Below, piece by piece: positions 17,927 to 27,620 of a stretch of 64,000 bases of DNA. Position numbers and translations under genes: made by a program. The stretch's first letter is position 1. Every line of letters starts with the position of its first letter. Source of the DNA: Patescibacteria group bacterium (lineage in GTDB: Bacteria; Patescibacteriota; Minisyncoccia; UBA6257; GWB1-50-10); contig JAMCYI010000006.1 in NCBI GenBank assembly GCA_023474215.1, forward strand, positions 1,452 to 65,451. The letters are read 5' to 3'. A model generated the notes under the pieces. That model did no database searches. It was not told where the DNA came from and saw only the letters and a program-made list of their open reading frames with translations.

Positions 17927-20326
17927 TTATTTGCTGAGCTTCAAGATTGTTTTCACCACCGTGTCAGGATTCAACGAAATACTCTCGATCCCCTCCTTCA
18001 TGAGGAACGCGGCGAACTCCGGATAGTCGGACGGCGCTTGGCCGCAAATGCCGATGTACTTTCCGCGTTTTTTGCACGTCCGGATGACGCTTCGGATCAA
18101 GGTTTTCACCGATTCATCGTTCTCGTTCGTGATGCTCCGGATCCGATCGTTCCCGTCGCGGTCGATGCCGACCGTGAGCTGCGTCAAATCGTTCGATCCG
18201 ATCGACATGCCGTCGAAAACGTCGAGGAATTTGTCCGCGAGGACCACGTTCGACGGGATCTCGCACATGACGTAGATCCGCAAGGCCTTGTCCTTTTTCC
18301 TCGAGAGGCCGTTCTTTTCCATGACCTCCACCACCTTCTTCCCTTCGTCGGCGGTCCGGCAGAACGGGATCATCGGCACGACGTTCGTGAGCCCCATTTC
18401 TTCGCGCACTTTTTTCATCGCCTTCACTTCGAGCGCAAAGGCGGGCGCGAACGCCGGATGATAGTACCGCGAAGCGCCGCGCCATCCGATCATCGGATTT
18501 TCTTCCTTCGGTTCATACGCATCGCCCCCGAGAAGCGCCCGATATTCGTTCGTTTTGAAATCGGAAAAGCGGACGATCACGTCCAGCGGATGGAATGCCG
18601 CGGCAATCTTTGCAATGCCGTAAGCCAATTTATCAACGTAAAATTGCTCTTTATTACTCCAACCGCGCGTCTTTTCGTCGATCGCCCGGGCAAGTTTTTT
18701 GTCCTTCTTCGCGATCTTCCCGTATTCGATCAAGGCCATCGGATGGACGCCGACGTCACCCGCAATGATGAATTCTTCGCGCGCAAGGCCGACGCCCTTC
18801 GTCGGCAGGAACGATTTTTCGAACGCCGAATCGGGCGTTGCAATGTTCACCATGATCTTCACCTTCGGCTTTGGCAATCTCCGAACGTCCCGCTCTTCCA
18901 CCTTGAATTTCAACTGGCCCGCAAGAACCAAACCTTCCGTGCCCGTCGTGTCGACGGTTATCACATCTCCCGTTTTCAAAACGCGCGTCGCGTTTTCCGT
19001 CCCCACGACGCACGGGATGCCGAGTTCGCGCGAAACGATCGCGGCATGGCTCGTTCGTCCGCCTTTATTCGTCACGATCGCCGAGGCGATCTTCATGATC
19101 GGCTCCCAATCCGGATCGGTCATATCGGTCACGAGAACCTCGCCCGCTTTGAAACTTCCGATGTTTTTCGCGTTCAAAATGATCCGCGCAGTGCCCGTCG
19201 CGATCTTCGAGCCGACCGAATACCCTTTCGCGAGCACTTTGCCGTTTCCGATCCGTTCGTATTCCTTGAGCTTTGAAAAATCACGGCTTGCCTGCACGGT
19301 CTCGGGGCGCGATTGGACAATAAAGAGCTCACCGCTCCGGCCGTCTTTGGCCCATTCCATATCCATCGGCGTCCATTTGCGGTCCTTCTTCGAATAATGC
19401 TCCTCGATCAAAACGCCCCAGCGGGCGAGTTCCAATACCTCCTTTTCCGAAAGGACGAAGGTTTCTTTTTCTTTTTCGCTCGTCGGAACGATCTTCGTCG
19501 TCTTGATGCCCCGGCCGACCGAATAGATCATCTTCCGGTTTTTCACGCCGAGCTTCCGGTCGATGATCGCCTTTTTTCCCGTCCGAAGGGACGGTTTGAA
19601 AACCAAAAATTCGTCCGGCGTCACCTCCCCTTGCACGATCATTTCCCCAAGCCCCCACGAGCCGTTGATCAAAACGACATTCTTGAACCCCGACTCGGTA
19701 TCGATGCTGAACATGACGCCCGAGCAGCCGAGGTCCGACCGCACCATTTTTTGAACGCCCGCCGAGAGCGCCACTTTCATGTGATCGAATCCCTTGTCCG
19801 CCCGGTACGAGATCGCCCGGTCGGTGAAGAGCGATGCAAAATCCGCTTGGACCGCTTCCAAGAGTTCATCGACGCCCCGGATATTCAAATATGTTTCATG
19901 TTCGCCGGCAAAGCTCGCCCCCGGCAAGTCCTCCGCCGTCGCCGATGACCGAACTGCAACATCCGCATTCCGGCCGTATATCTTTTCAAGCTGGATATAA
20001 TTTTTCACGATCGCCTGCTTCAAGTCGGAAGGCATTTTCGCCGCCCGGATCACTTTCCGAATTTCCTCGCCGCGCTTCGCGAGATCTTTCAGGTTTTTCG
20101 TATCGAGGCCTTTCAGGGCCTTCTTGATGAACTTGTCGAGGCCGGTCTTCTTCATGAAGTGGCGGTAGGCCTCCGCTGTAACAACGAAACCATTCGGTAC
20201 CCGGACCCCCTGCGGTTCGAGATACTTGATCATTTCGCCCAAAGAGGCGTTCTTGCCGCCGACGAGCGGTACATCTTTGATGGTGATGTCCTTGTACCAG
20301 AGGACGAGTTTTTTATTTTTATTCAT
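17927..20326 (-). CDS. ppsA: phosphoenolpyruvate synthase (pyruvate, water dikinase)
   Basis: 800 aa. N-terminal ATP-grasp region 'VPLVGGKNASLGEM', a phospho-His domain 'GGRTSHAAIVSRELGIPCVVG', and a C-terminal PEP-utilising TIM domain. Start trimmed to MNKNKK. Confidence 0.9.
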   Translation of the reverse strand: MNKNKKLVLWYKDITIKDVPLVGGKNASLGEMIKYLEPQGVRVPNGFVVTAEAYRHFMKKTGLDKFIKKALKGLDTKNLKDLAKRGEEIRKVIRAAKMPSDLKQAIVKNYIQLEKIYGRNADVAVRSSATAEDLPGASFAGEHETYLNIRGVDELLEAVQADFASLFTDRAISYRADKGFDHMKVALSAGVQKMVRSDLGCSGVMFSIDTESGFKNVVLINGSWGLGEMIVQGEVTPDEFLVFKPSLRTGKKAIIDRKLGVKNRKMIYSVGRGIKTTKIVPTSEKEKETFVLSEKEVLELARWGVLIEEHYSKKDRKWTPMDMEWAKDGRSGELFIVQSRPETVQASRDFSKLKEYERIGNGKVLAKGYSVGSKIATGTARIILNAKNIGSFKAGEVLVTDMTDPDWEPIMKIASAIVTNKGGRTSHAAIVSRELGIPCVVGTENATRVLKTGDVITVDTTGTEGLVLAGQLKFKVEERDVRRLPKPKVKIMVNIATPDSAFEKSFLPTKGVGLAREEFIIAGDVGVHPMALIEYGKIAKKDKKLARAIDEKTRGWSNKEQFYVDKLAYGIAKIAAAFHPLDVIVRFSDFKTNEYRALLGGDAYEPKEENPMIGWRGASRYYHPAFAPAFALEVKAMKKVREEMGLTNVVPMIPFCRTADEGKKVVEVMEKNGLSRKKDKALRIYVMCEIPSNVVLADKFLDVFDGMSIGSNDLTQLTVGIDRDGNDRIRSITNENDESVKTLIRSVIRTCKKRGKYIGICGQAPSDYPEFAAFLMKEGIESISLNPDTVVKTILKLSK

Positions 20327-21611
20327 AACGCAATGCAATGACGAGGTCCGATACATTCGAACCCGTATCTCCCGTCTCGATGTAATCCCCCACTTTCTCA
20401 AAAAACGCCGCCGAGTCGTTGTTCTCCAAAAATTCACCCGCTTCCAAACCGAGCCCTTCGGTTTTTTCCTTCGTCATTATATCACAGAACGCACCTGCGT
20501 ATCTCCCTTGGTTGTCGTGCCCGTCCGAATCGAATGAAAGGACAAGTGTTTTTTCCGAAATTCCGCCAAGAGCCCCGAGGACCAACTCCTGATTTCTGCC
20601 GCCTCTTCCCGATTTCCTGACGGTCACCGTCGTTTCGCCGCCGTAGAGGCGCGCCGTTTTGGGGGGTAACCCCGCGGTATCGCCTGCTATTTTCCGTCCG
20701 ACATCACGCGCTTCACCGGAGAGTGTCGCCGTTACAACCTCCGCCTTGAAACCGAGAGTATCCGCCTTTTCTTTCATCGCCCCGAGGGCGGTTGCATTGG
20801 AGATAAAAAGGATGTTTTTCACTTTCTCGAAATATTTGTCTTCCTTCGGAGTTTTCAACGGCTCTATTTTCAAACCGGTGCTCTTCTCGAGATCGTACTT
20901 CGCGACGATCGTCTTCGCCTCATCGACCGTCGTCGCGTCTTTCACCGTCGGGCCCGAAGCGATGAACCCGAGATTGTCCCCCGGCACATCCGAAAAAATC
21001 AGGGCGACGGACGATGCCGGATATGCGTATTCCGCCAAACGGCCGCCGCGCGCCAATGACAAATGCTTCCGGAGCGTATTGATCTCCTCGATCGTCGCCC
21101 CTTTCTCGAAGAGAACCTTCAATATCTCAGCCTCCTCGGCACATACCATGTTCTGCGGCTGACACAGGAGCGTCGAACCGCCGCCGGAAATAACGAAAGT
21201 AACGAAATCCTTCTCGGTAAGGGATGACAAGAGCCGGATGATGTCGCTTGTCGCATCGACATTCGCTTCCGTCGGGAAAGGATGCGTGCCGGAATACGCC
21301 TTGATCTTCTTCAAAACCCCCCGGTGCACGTCCAAAACAATGCCGCCGGAGAGCCGATCGCCGAGGACGTTTTCAAGCGCCCTTCCGGCCTCAAGCGAAC
21401 ATTTGCCAACGCCCACGACGAAAATCCGATCGAAATTCCCGACATCGAACGAACGATCGTCGATTTTCAACGTATCGTCTTTCAGCGACACCCGCGACTG
21501 GATCGCTTGCTCGGTATCGATTGCGAACAATCCCGCCTCGACAATTTCCAAGGCGGCTTTCCTCGCCGGCGTCACGGCAATCGCATCAAAATTTTTTATC
21601 TTGCCCCTCAT
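20319..21611 (-). CDS. glycerate 2-kinase, MOFRL family (GckA/TM1585-like)
   Basis: 430 aa, MOFRL-type sequence. Overlaps the ppsA start by 8 nt. Confidence 0.75.
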   Translation of the reverse strand: MRGKIKNFDAIAVTPARKAALEIVEAGLFAIDTEQAIQSRVSLKDDTLKIDDRSFDVGNFDRIFVVGVGKCSLEAGRALENVLGDRLSGGIVLDVHRGVLKKIKAYSGTHPFPTEANVDATSDIIRLLSSLTEKDFVTFVISGGGSTLLCQPQNMVCAEEAEILKVLFEKGATIEEINTLRKHLSLARGGRLAEYAYPASSVALIFSDVPGDNLGFIASGPTVKDATTVDEAKTIVAKYDLEKSTGLKIEPLKTPKEDKYFEKVKNILFISNATALGAMKEKADTLGFKAEVVTATLSGEARDVGRKIAGDTAGLPPKTARLYGGETTVTVRKSGRGGRNQELVLGALGGISEKTLVLSFDSDGHDNQGRYAGAFCDIMTKEKTEGLGLEAGEFLENNDSAAFFEKVGDYIETGDTGSNVSDLVIALRYE

Positions 21612-21673
21612 CGTTCACCATTATAAGACTCGCCGGGCAGAGTGTTAAATCGACCGGTGGATAACCCTCGCTC

Positions 21674-21756
21674 GCCCAAGCACCCCGCTCAGGCTGTCTC
21701 CGGGGCGACGCCCAAGTCTTAGCCTTCGCCGGGGTGCTTGGCTCGCTTTTTTTATT
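21674..21756 (+). terminator. second copy of the conserved-core hairpin element (arms gcccaagcaccccg/cggggtgcttggc) followed by 'tcgctttttttatttt'
   Basis: Core identical to 15053..15093. Arms differ but remain complementary. T-run on the + strand. Confidence 0.55.
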
Positions 21757-21758
21757 TT

Positions 21759-22142
21759 TCATTCCGGAAGCCTGCAGCCGCTCGCCGTACTCAAAGTTTC
21801 GAGCGTTTGCGTCCCCACAAGACGAGCACCGCTCGGTTCGATCCACGTCGGCACCGCATCAACGCCGTCGGCCGTACATTTCTGCGCATTTTCCGAACAT
21901 TCAATATAGTCCACATATTTGAAGGAGTCGCCGAAAAGCTGTTTTTCTGCCTGACAGTGCGGGCAGGAATACAATCCGTACATCGTAAAACCCTTACTCG
22001 CAAGGCATTTTGCGAACGAATCGAGCGAATGCACCGATGAATTACCCGCATTCGGCTTGAGCGCGAAGTATCCCGCGACGCCTACGACGACAACAAGTAC
22101 AACAAAGACAAGTGCATATGATTTTGATTTGTTGAGTTTCAT
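21759..22142 (-). CDS. membrane-anchored thioredoxin-fold protein (CPHC active site)
   Basis: N-terminal TM helix and a 'YSCPHCQ' motif. Adjacent region encodes CcdA. Confidence 0.6.
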   Translation of the reverse strand: MKLNKSKSYALVFVVLVVVVGVAGYFALKPNAGNSSVHSLDSFAKCLASKGFTMYGLYSCPHCQAEKQLFGDSFKYVDYIECSENAQKCTADGVDAVPTWIEPSGARLVGTQTLETLSTASGCRLPE

Positions 22143-22149
22143 ATTTTTT

Positions 22150-22245
22150 CCTTTTACATCAATTTTGGGCCCTCGGGAGCCCTCTGGCTTCCCGAGGGCC
22201 AGTAACGACGCAGGTGTCCAAGGACACCCTCGTCGTTACTCTTCG
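22150..22245 (-). terminator. two consecutive GC-rich hairpins (ggccctcgggagcc..gcttcccgagggcc; agtaacgacg..cgtcgttact) 3' of 22236..22739
   Basis: Inverted repeats seen directly, including a perfect 10-bp outer stem. Confidence 0.5.
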
Positions 22246-22739
22246 CAACAGTTGATAAGCTCCGTCATAATGCTCTCGAAATCGAGCGGCTTTCCCTCTT
22301 CTTTCGCTTTCTTGATGTTCGAAGCATCGACAAGTTTCAAGCGGAGCGCCCAAAAGAGCGAGTAGAGCTTGAAGGCCGAATCGTATGCTTGCTTCGCTTC
22401 TTCCCGGCGATCAGAAGCATCGAGTTTGGTTCCCACTTCGATCAAGCGCATCGTGGAAGCCAAAAGGTGCTTTGAAATGCACCACGTTTCGCCTTCGTTC
22501 ACAGGCATCAGTTTCGCGAGCAAGTCCTTCCGGACGCTTCGTACTTCCTCCAAAAGATCGAGATAGCCGTCTTCCTTGGTCTTTTCGGCCGTGAAGAAGA
22601 AGTGCTCTTCCAAACTCACCAGATTCATGACGCCGATCGAAAGATCTTCGTCCGTCGAAAGATCAAGCTTGTGCTCGAGGTGAGCTTTTTTGATCTTCTC
22701 CAAAAGCTCTTCCCATTTTTTCCTTTTTGATTCATCCAT
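22236..22739 (-). CDS. hypothetical acidic cytoplasmic protein
   Basis: 167-aa ORF, no recognised motifs. Confidence 0.4.
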   Translation of the reverse strand: MDESKRKKWEELLEKIKKAHLEHKLDLSTDEDLSIGVMNLVSLEEHFFFTAEKTKEDGYLDLLEEVRSVRKDLLAKLMPVNEGETWCISKHLLASTMRLIEVGTKLDASDRREEAKQAYDSAFKLYSLFWALRLKLVDASNIKKAKEEGKPLDFESIMTELINCCEE

Positions 22740-22879
22740 AGTAATAACAACCTATCTTAAATTTGTACCATTCGCATAACCTCATCCGCAATTTTCGCAT
22801 TATATTGGGGAACTTGAGCAGAATGCGAAACAACGAATACTCTATACGAATGCCACGAATGATAATTTCAAGAAAGGCT

Positions 22880-23623
22880 CTAAAAGAAGATGACAACGGC
22901 AGCGAGCGCGATCATGATCGTTCCCACGACGATCCGCGTCGCGCGGCCGTTTTCCCTTCTTGCTTTATCGACCTTTTCCAAAACTTCTTTCTTGCTCGCA
23001 ACGGCCAAAACCACCGCGAGCGGCACAATAAAGATCAGGTTATAAAGGATCAAGTATCCAAGGCCCGCAAACTCTGTCGCCCGATCGTGCAAGAGCCCCA
23101 GAACGAAAAGATACGGGCCTCCGACACATGGGAACTCAAAAAGGCCGACCAGAATGCCAAGTACAAAGGATGCGACAAGCGATCCCCTTTCGATGAAACG
23201 GGCAAGCGTCCGATGCGTCGACTCCGGCATCTTGAGGCGGATGGGGAACTTCGGGAACATGCCGTCTGCGATCTCGATCGCACCGAACGCGACGAGGATA
23301 ACGGCAACGATCTTCGACAAGAAATCCGGAATGCCAAAGAGCGTCAAGGCGCCGAGGACGCCGAGTCCTATCAATACATACGTCAAGAATATTCCGAATA
23401 TGTAAAGACCGCCTGCCGCAAGAACATCAACGCGCTCGCGTCCCAAACCGAAGAGAAAAGTGATCGTAAGAAAGAGAACCGAGAAGGCGCACGGATTCAA
23501 ACTGTCGACGAACGCGGAACCCACGAGAAGCGGCACAAAACTGCCCGTCCAAAAGAAAGACCCCACGAGGAGCGCGCACGCAACGACTAAAAACACCAAT
23601 AACCCTTTTTTCATTGAATCCAC
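22880..23623 (-). CDS. ccdA: cytochrome c-type biogenesis / disulfide-reductant transporter CcdA (DsbD transmembrane-domain family)
   Basis: Two conserved Cys in TM helices ('NPCAFSVL', 'FPCVGGPYL'). Confidence 0.75.
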   Translation of the reverse strand: MDSMKKGLLVFLVVACALLVGSFFWTGSFVPLLVGSAFVDSLNPCAFSVLFLTITFLFGLGRERVDVLAAGGLYIFGIFLTYVLIGLGVLGALTLFGIPDFLSKIVAVILVAFGAIEIADGMFPKFPIRLKMPESTHRTLARFIERGSLVASFVLGILVGLFEFPCVGGPYLFVLGLLHDRATEFAGLGYLILYNLIFIVPLAVVLAVASKKEVLEKVDKARRENGRATRIVVGTIMIALAAVVIFF

Positions 23624-23659
23624 AAAAAATAAACCGACCTTGAACTACAAGAATCCGAT

Positions 23660-24013
23660 CTATTTTGTGGGGCTCGCTTCGTGAAGCGAAAACCAGAACG
23701 TTATTTTTTTGAAGACGAGATTGGAAAGTTCCTCGATTTCAGCAGCCGTGGAAACCGCCGCCGATCTGTCCCCAACCGGCAATCCGATAATAAGCGCTAT
23801 CCCGAACGCAAGGAGAAGGATGACAATGACCGCAAATGCGGAACCGGCAAGCGTTCCATTCCCCGAAGACGCGGACGATGCAAAAACGCCGTTCGTCAAA
23901 GGACAAGCGAAACCGCAGGAAGAGCTCTCGCCGAGCATCTTGAAATTCAAAAATCCAAAGACCGCCGATCCGAGGAACAGCACCGAAAGGATTATGGCGG
24001 CTGTTTTGAACAT
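23660..24013 (-). CDS. hypothetical membrane protein (start at internal MFKTAAII)
   Basis: Two hydrophobic helices and a Cys pair. Confidence 0.35.
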   Translation of the reverse strand: MFKTAAIILSVLFLGSAVFGFLNFKMLGESSSCGFACPLTNGVFASSASSGNGTLAGSAFAVIVILLLAFGIALIIGLPVGDRSAAVSTAAEIEELSNLVFKKITFWFSLHEASPTK

Positions 24014-24192
24014 AGTTTCAAACAAAAATCCCGTTCTTGGAATTATTCCCGGTTCATACCAGGTGGGTCTTCTAAGTTCGACCCTTAAGAAAATTTTGAA
24101 AATTCTCTGTCGAGCCGAATCAAGTTGAAGTCCCAATGTAATTGAATAATCCGGAATTCACATTGAACGGGACATTCATATTATACCACGAT

Positions 24193-25269
24193 CTAGAGAT
24201 CGAGCACCTTGACTACTTGATGTAAGAATGACACAACGACGGGGGCCGGAAGCAAGCTCACGGAAGGCTTGCCGTTATCGTCCGGAACCACCCATGGCTC
24301 CTCGATAACATTCACTTCTTTCTTCGCGGGATCCCATTCGTAGCGGTAGCCGGGCGTTACCTCGTAATCATCGACATATCCCTTTGCAACGTCCGCCGGG
24401 ATCGAATTCCGGAGGTAAATCTTCGGCACGCCTTCAAGCTTCAAAAGCGTCCGCATAACGGCATCGTCCACCTCGATACGGTCTCGGATCGCTTCGATGC
24501 CGAGCTCATCCCCTTCTTTCGGGACCATGCGCTTCCCGCCGCACGCCGGGTTATCGCAAATGAGATAAAACTTCTTTTCAGCTTCGTCATATTCCACCTT
24601 CTTTGTTCTTAAGAGCCGCAGGTTCCTCGGCGTATGGCACACGGGACAAACGACGCGGTACTTCATCCGCTCGTCGATGATCGGCTCCGGCAGATCGATG
24701 AACGCCAAAAAGTCCGGATCGTCGCGGTATCCCATCAGTTCGCGGAAGTATAGGGAGTACGAAACTTGATCCAAGCTCCGGGGAAAACCATCCACGAAGA
24801 TCGCTTTGTGTTCGCTCTTTGCAATCTCCCGCTCCACAAGAGCAAGGATGAATTCGGTCGGTAAAAGCGAGGAAGTCGATCGTCCCGACAAAGCGTTGAA
24901 CGCTTCATCGAGCGACATCGTTCCCCGATACTTTTCTTTCAAATAATCCGCCAATTCCTCTTTTTTCGCCGGGTCTTCAATATCCTCGTGTGCGGCACGC
25001 ACGATGTCGCCGACCGACACGTGGCGCAAATGCTCGGAACCAACGGCTTCCATAAAAAGCTTCGAGTAGGTCCCCTTTCCCGAGTTTTTCTTCCCGAGAA
25101 GAATGCCGAGGAATGAATTTCCCCCGTCCAAGTATTCCTTGATCTTTTCGATTTGCGGACCTGCCTTCAGCGCGAAATATTTTTTCCGTTCGACCGGATC
25201 ATCCAGCGCGAACGTTTGGCTTGCTCCTTCGACTTTCGTCTTGAACAATGGGAACTCGAAATCTTTCAT
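24193..25269 (-). CDS. adenylate-kinase-family NMP kinase with a Zn-binding LID (CPVC...CDNPAC), plus N- and C-terminal extensions
   Basis: P-loop 'GKKNSGKGT', 'IFVDGFPRSLDQ', and LID cysteines. Confidence 0.5.
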   Translation of the reverse strand: MKDFEFPLFKTKVEGASQTFALDDPVERKKYFALKAGPQIEKIKEYLDGGNSFLGILLGKKNSGKGTYSKLFMEAVGSEHLRHVSVGDIVRAAHEDIEDPAKKEELADYLKEKYRGTMSLDEAFNALSGRSTSSLLPTEFILALVEREIAKSEHKAIFVDGFPRSLDQVSYSLYFRELMGYRDDPDFLAFIDLPEPIIDERMKYRVVCPVCHTPRNLRLLRTKKVEYDEAEKKFYLICDNPACGGKRMVPKEGDELGIEAIRDRIEVDDAVMRTLLKLEGVPKIYLRNSIPADVAKGYVDDYEVTPGYRYEWDPAKKEVNVIEEPWVVPDDNGKPSVSLLPAPVVVSFLHQVVKVLDL

Positions 25270-25281
25270 GGTTTTGTTTTT

Positions 25282-26697
25282 TTATTTCTTTTTATTTTTT
25301 TCTTCGACGCTTATGTGCAGTTCTTTCAATTGCTCTTTTGAAACTTCCGACGGCGCATCCATCATAAGGTCTTTGCCGTCGCCGGTCTTCGGGAACGCGA
25401 TGACCTCGCGGATGTTCGGCTCATTTTCCAAGATCATCATGAACCGGTCAATACCCGGCGCGATCCCCCCGTGAGGGGGAACGCCGTATGCGAAAGCTTC
25501 GAGCATGTGCCCGAATTTCTCCTGGATATCCTTTGGATCGTTGCCCATTGCTTCGAAAACGGCTGCCAAGAGTTTCGGATCGTGGATCCTGATGGATCCG
25601 CCGCCGATCTCATAGCCGTTCAAAACGAAATCGTATTGGAAGGCCGGGATGGAAGCGGGATCTTTCTTGAATTTTGCCCAGAAATCATCGGTATCCTTGA
25701 CCTGGGGCATGGTGAACGGGTGATGAACCGCATCCCATCGCTTCTCCGTCTCCTTCCACTCGAACATCGGGAAATTGACGACAAAAGCGAAGGCTAATTC
25801 GTTCGGATCGTTCTTGTCGTCCCTCAAGTCCGGCTTATCGGAATGATATTTCGCCATCACATCCGCATAGTTCAGGCGCGGAAACGGAGACCATTTTATC
25901 TTCTTTTCGGGATACAGCTCTTTCACCATCTTCGCGTAAAGCTCCTCGATGAGCGCCAAAACTTCATCCTGGGATGTGAAGCTCATTTCGATGTCGAGCT
26001 GCGTGAATTCCGGCTGGCGGTCGCCCCGCGTGTCCTCGTCGCGGAAGCACCGCACGATTTGGAAATATCTCTCCATCCCCGCAACCATCAAAAGCTGCTT
26101 GTATTGCTGGGGCGACTGCGGGAGTGCGTAGAATTTCCCGGGATAAAGCCGGCTCGGTATCAAATAGTCGCGCGCGCCTTCGGGCGTGGATTTCCCGATA
26201 TCCGGCGTTTCAATTTCAACAAAATCCCTTTCCGTCAAAAAGTCGCGGATGAATTTATTCACCTTCGCGCGCATGCGGAGGTTTTTCTGCATCCGGGGGC
26301 GCCGCAAATCCAAGTAGCGGTACTTCATTCTGATTTCTTCCCCGATCTCCCGCCCGTCGCCCGTAACGTCGATTGGCGGGGTTTTGGCTTCCGTGATGAT
26401 TTCCAAACCGGTTGCCTGCAGTTCGTGATAGCCGCTCGGTATTTTGGGGTTTTCCATCCCGGCCGGACGCTTGCCGATGGTTCCCTTGATTTTTATCACC
26501 CATTCCGGTCTCAGTTTCTCGGCGAGAGCGTGCAATTCCTTGTTTTTCGGAATAAAAACAACCTGTGTGACGCCGGTGCGGTCCCGGAGGTCGATGAAAA
26601 TCAACTTCCCGTGGTCACGCCGTGTATCAACCCAGCCGACGAGCTCGGCTTCCTTTCCCTCATGGTCTTTGATATCTCTCGATAAAACCCTATCCAT
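25282..26697 (-). CDS. aspS: aspartyl-tRNA synthetase, short form lacking the GAD insertion
   Basis: OB anticodon-binding N-terminus plus class II motifs ('FRDEDTRGDRQPEFTQLDIEMSF', 'GGGSIRIHD'). Confidence 0.9.
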   Translation of the reverse strand: MDRVLSRDIKDHEGKEAELVGWVDTRRDHGKLIFIDLRDRTGVTQVVFIPKNKELHALAEKLRPEWVIKIKGTIGKRPAGMENPKIPSGYHELQATGLEIITEAKTPPIDVTGDGREIGEEIRMKYRYLDLRRPRMQKNLRMRAKVNKFIRDFLTERDFVEIETPDIGKSTPEGARDYLIPSRLYPGKFYALPQSPQQYKQLLMVAGMERYFQIVRCFRDEDTRGDRQPEFTQLDIEMSFTSQDEVLALIEELYAKMVKELYPEKKIKWSPFPRLNYADVMAKYHSDKPDLRDDKNDPNELAFAFVVNFPMFEWKETEKRWDAVHHPFTMPQVKDTDDFWAKFKKDPASIPAFQYDFVLNGYEIGGGSIRIHDPKLLAAVFEAMGNDPKDIQEKFGHMLEAFAYGVPPHGGIAPGIDRFMMILENEPNIREVIAFPKTGDGKDLMMDAPSEVSKEQLKELHISVEEKNKKK

Positions 26698-26720
26698 TGA
26701 GAGAAATTGTACCCGAAAAT

Positions 26721-27620
26721 CTACTGCACCGCAAACACGCCGATGTTTCCGGCCGCTGTTTTTTCCACTTTAACAATCCCCTCTTCGTCGGTCCGAAAAA
26801 CCCGTACACCGACCGCACCGAGTGCGGATACCGTCTCCGCCGACGGATGTCCGTAGGAATTTTTTCCGACTTCGATCACTGCAATGCTCGGAGAAACTAT
26901 ACTGAAGAATCTTTTCGACAACGACCCCTTCGAGCCGTGATGAGCAACCTTCAAAACATCTACACGACCGATGCGGACGGCAAGCGTTTCTTCGATCTTC
27001 AAACTCGCATCGCTCATAAAGGCCGATTTTATATCTTCCGCATCGACCTTAATAACGATCGCCGAATCGTTCAAATCGTCTCCGGCAAGAAGCGTCTCAT
27101 TGGGCGAAAGAATGCGAATTTCCGTTTTACCGATCATTATCCGGTCGCCTTCCGCAACGACGAGCGAAGCGACATTCTCTTCGTTTAAAATTTTTTTGAA
27201 AGCTTCGAACGTTTCCGTCCCGCCGCCGATGCCGTTCCATAGAAATAAACCGACGTGATAGTTCTTTACGACATCCATAAGCCCGCCGAAGTGGTCGATC
27301 TGAGCATGCGTCATAATGACGATGTCGATGGAACGATCAAAAGGGGGAAGGATCGCATCCAGCGATTCCAAAACCGCGGAGTTCGCCGGACCGCCGTCGA
27401 TCAAAATCTTCGCTCCGCTCGCCGTCACAATAAGCTCGCTGTCCCCTTCGCCGACCGGCAGGAAATATTCGGCAAACGAATTTTTCCCGCCGGCTGCACC
27501 GAGAGAAAGGACGCTGATCACAACGACAACCAAAAGAAACGGCAAGAATTCTTTGAAATGTCTTTCAACGAAGTCAACGACAATCTTTAATTCCTTTGTG
27601 CAACCCTTTTCTTCCTCCAT
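26721..27620 (-). CDS. ComEC C-terminal-type metallo-beta-lactamase-fold domain protein (HAQIDHFGG)
   Basis: MBL motif 'MTHAQIDHFGG', a later 'HHGS'. One TM helix at the N-terminus. Overlaps the upstream ComEC membrane-domain ORF. Confidence 0.6.
   Translation of the reverse strand: MEEEKGCTKELKIVVDFVERHFKEFLPFLLVVVVISVLSLGAAGGKNSFAEYFLPVGEGDSELIVTASGAKILIDGGPANSAVLESLDAILPPFDRSIDIVIMTHAQIDHFGGLMDVVKNYHVGLFLWNGIGGGTETFEAFKKILNEENVASLVVAEGDRIMIGKTEIRILSPNETLLAGDDLNDSAIVIKVDAEDIKSAFMSDASLKIEETLAVRIGRVDVLKVAHHGSKGSLSKRFFSIVSPSIAVIEVGKNSYGHPSAETVSALGAVGVRVFRTDEEGIVKVEKTAAGNIGVFAVQ

Noticed and set aside
17837-19276. 479-aa + strand ORF, plus many other long alternate-frame ORFs in the track (e.g. 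544..1194, 1370..1846, 25843..26685, 48453..49343, 54129..55430)
   Set aside because: They lie antisense to or overlap confidently identified genes (ppsA, DUF2207, aspS, array members). They have Arg/Pro/His-rich low-complexity translations typical of high-GC antisense frames and carry no recognisable motifs.
21612-21758. Unannotated + strand sRNA ending at the 21674..21756 terminator-like element
   Set aside because: The T-run is on the + strand although both neighbouring genes are on the minus strand. No promoter is visible and the element is more simply a bidirectional or dispersed repeat. Retained only as part of the repeat finding.
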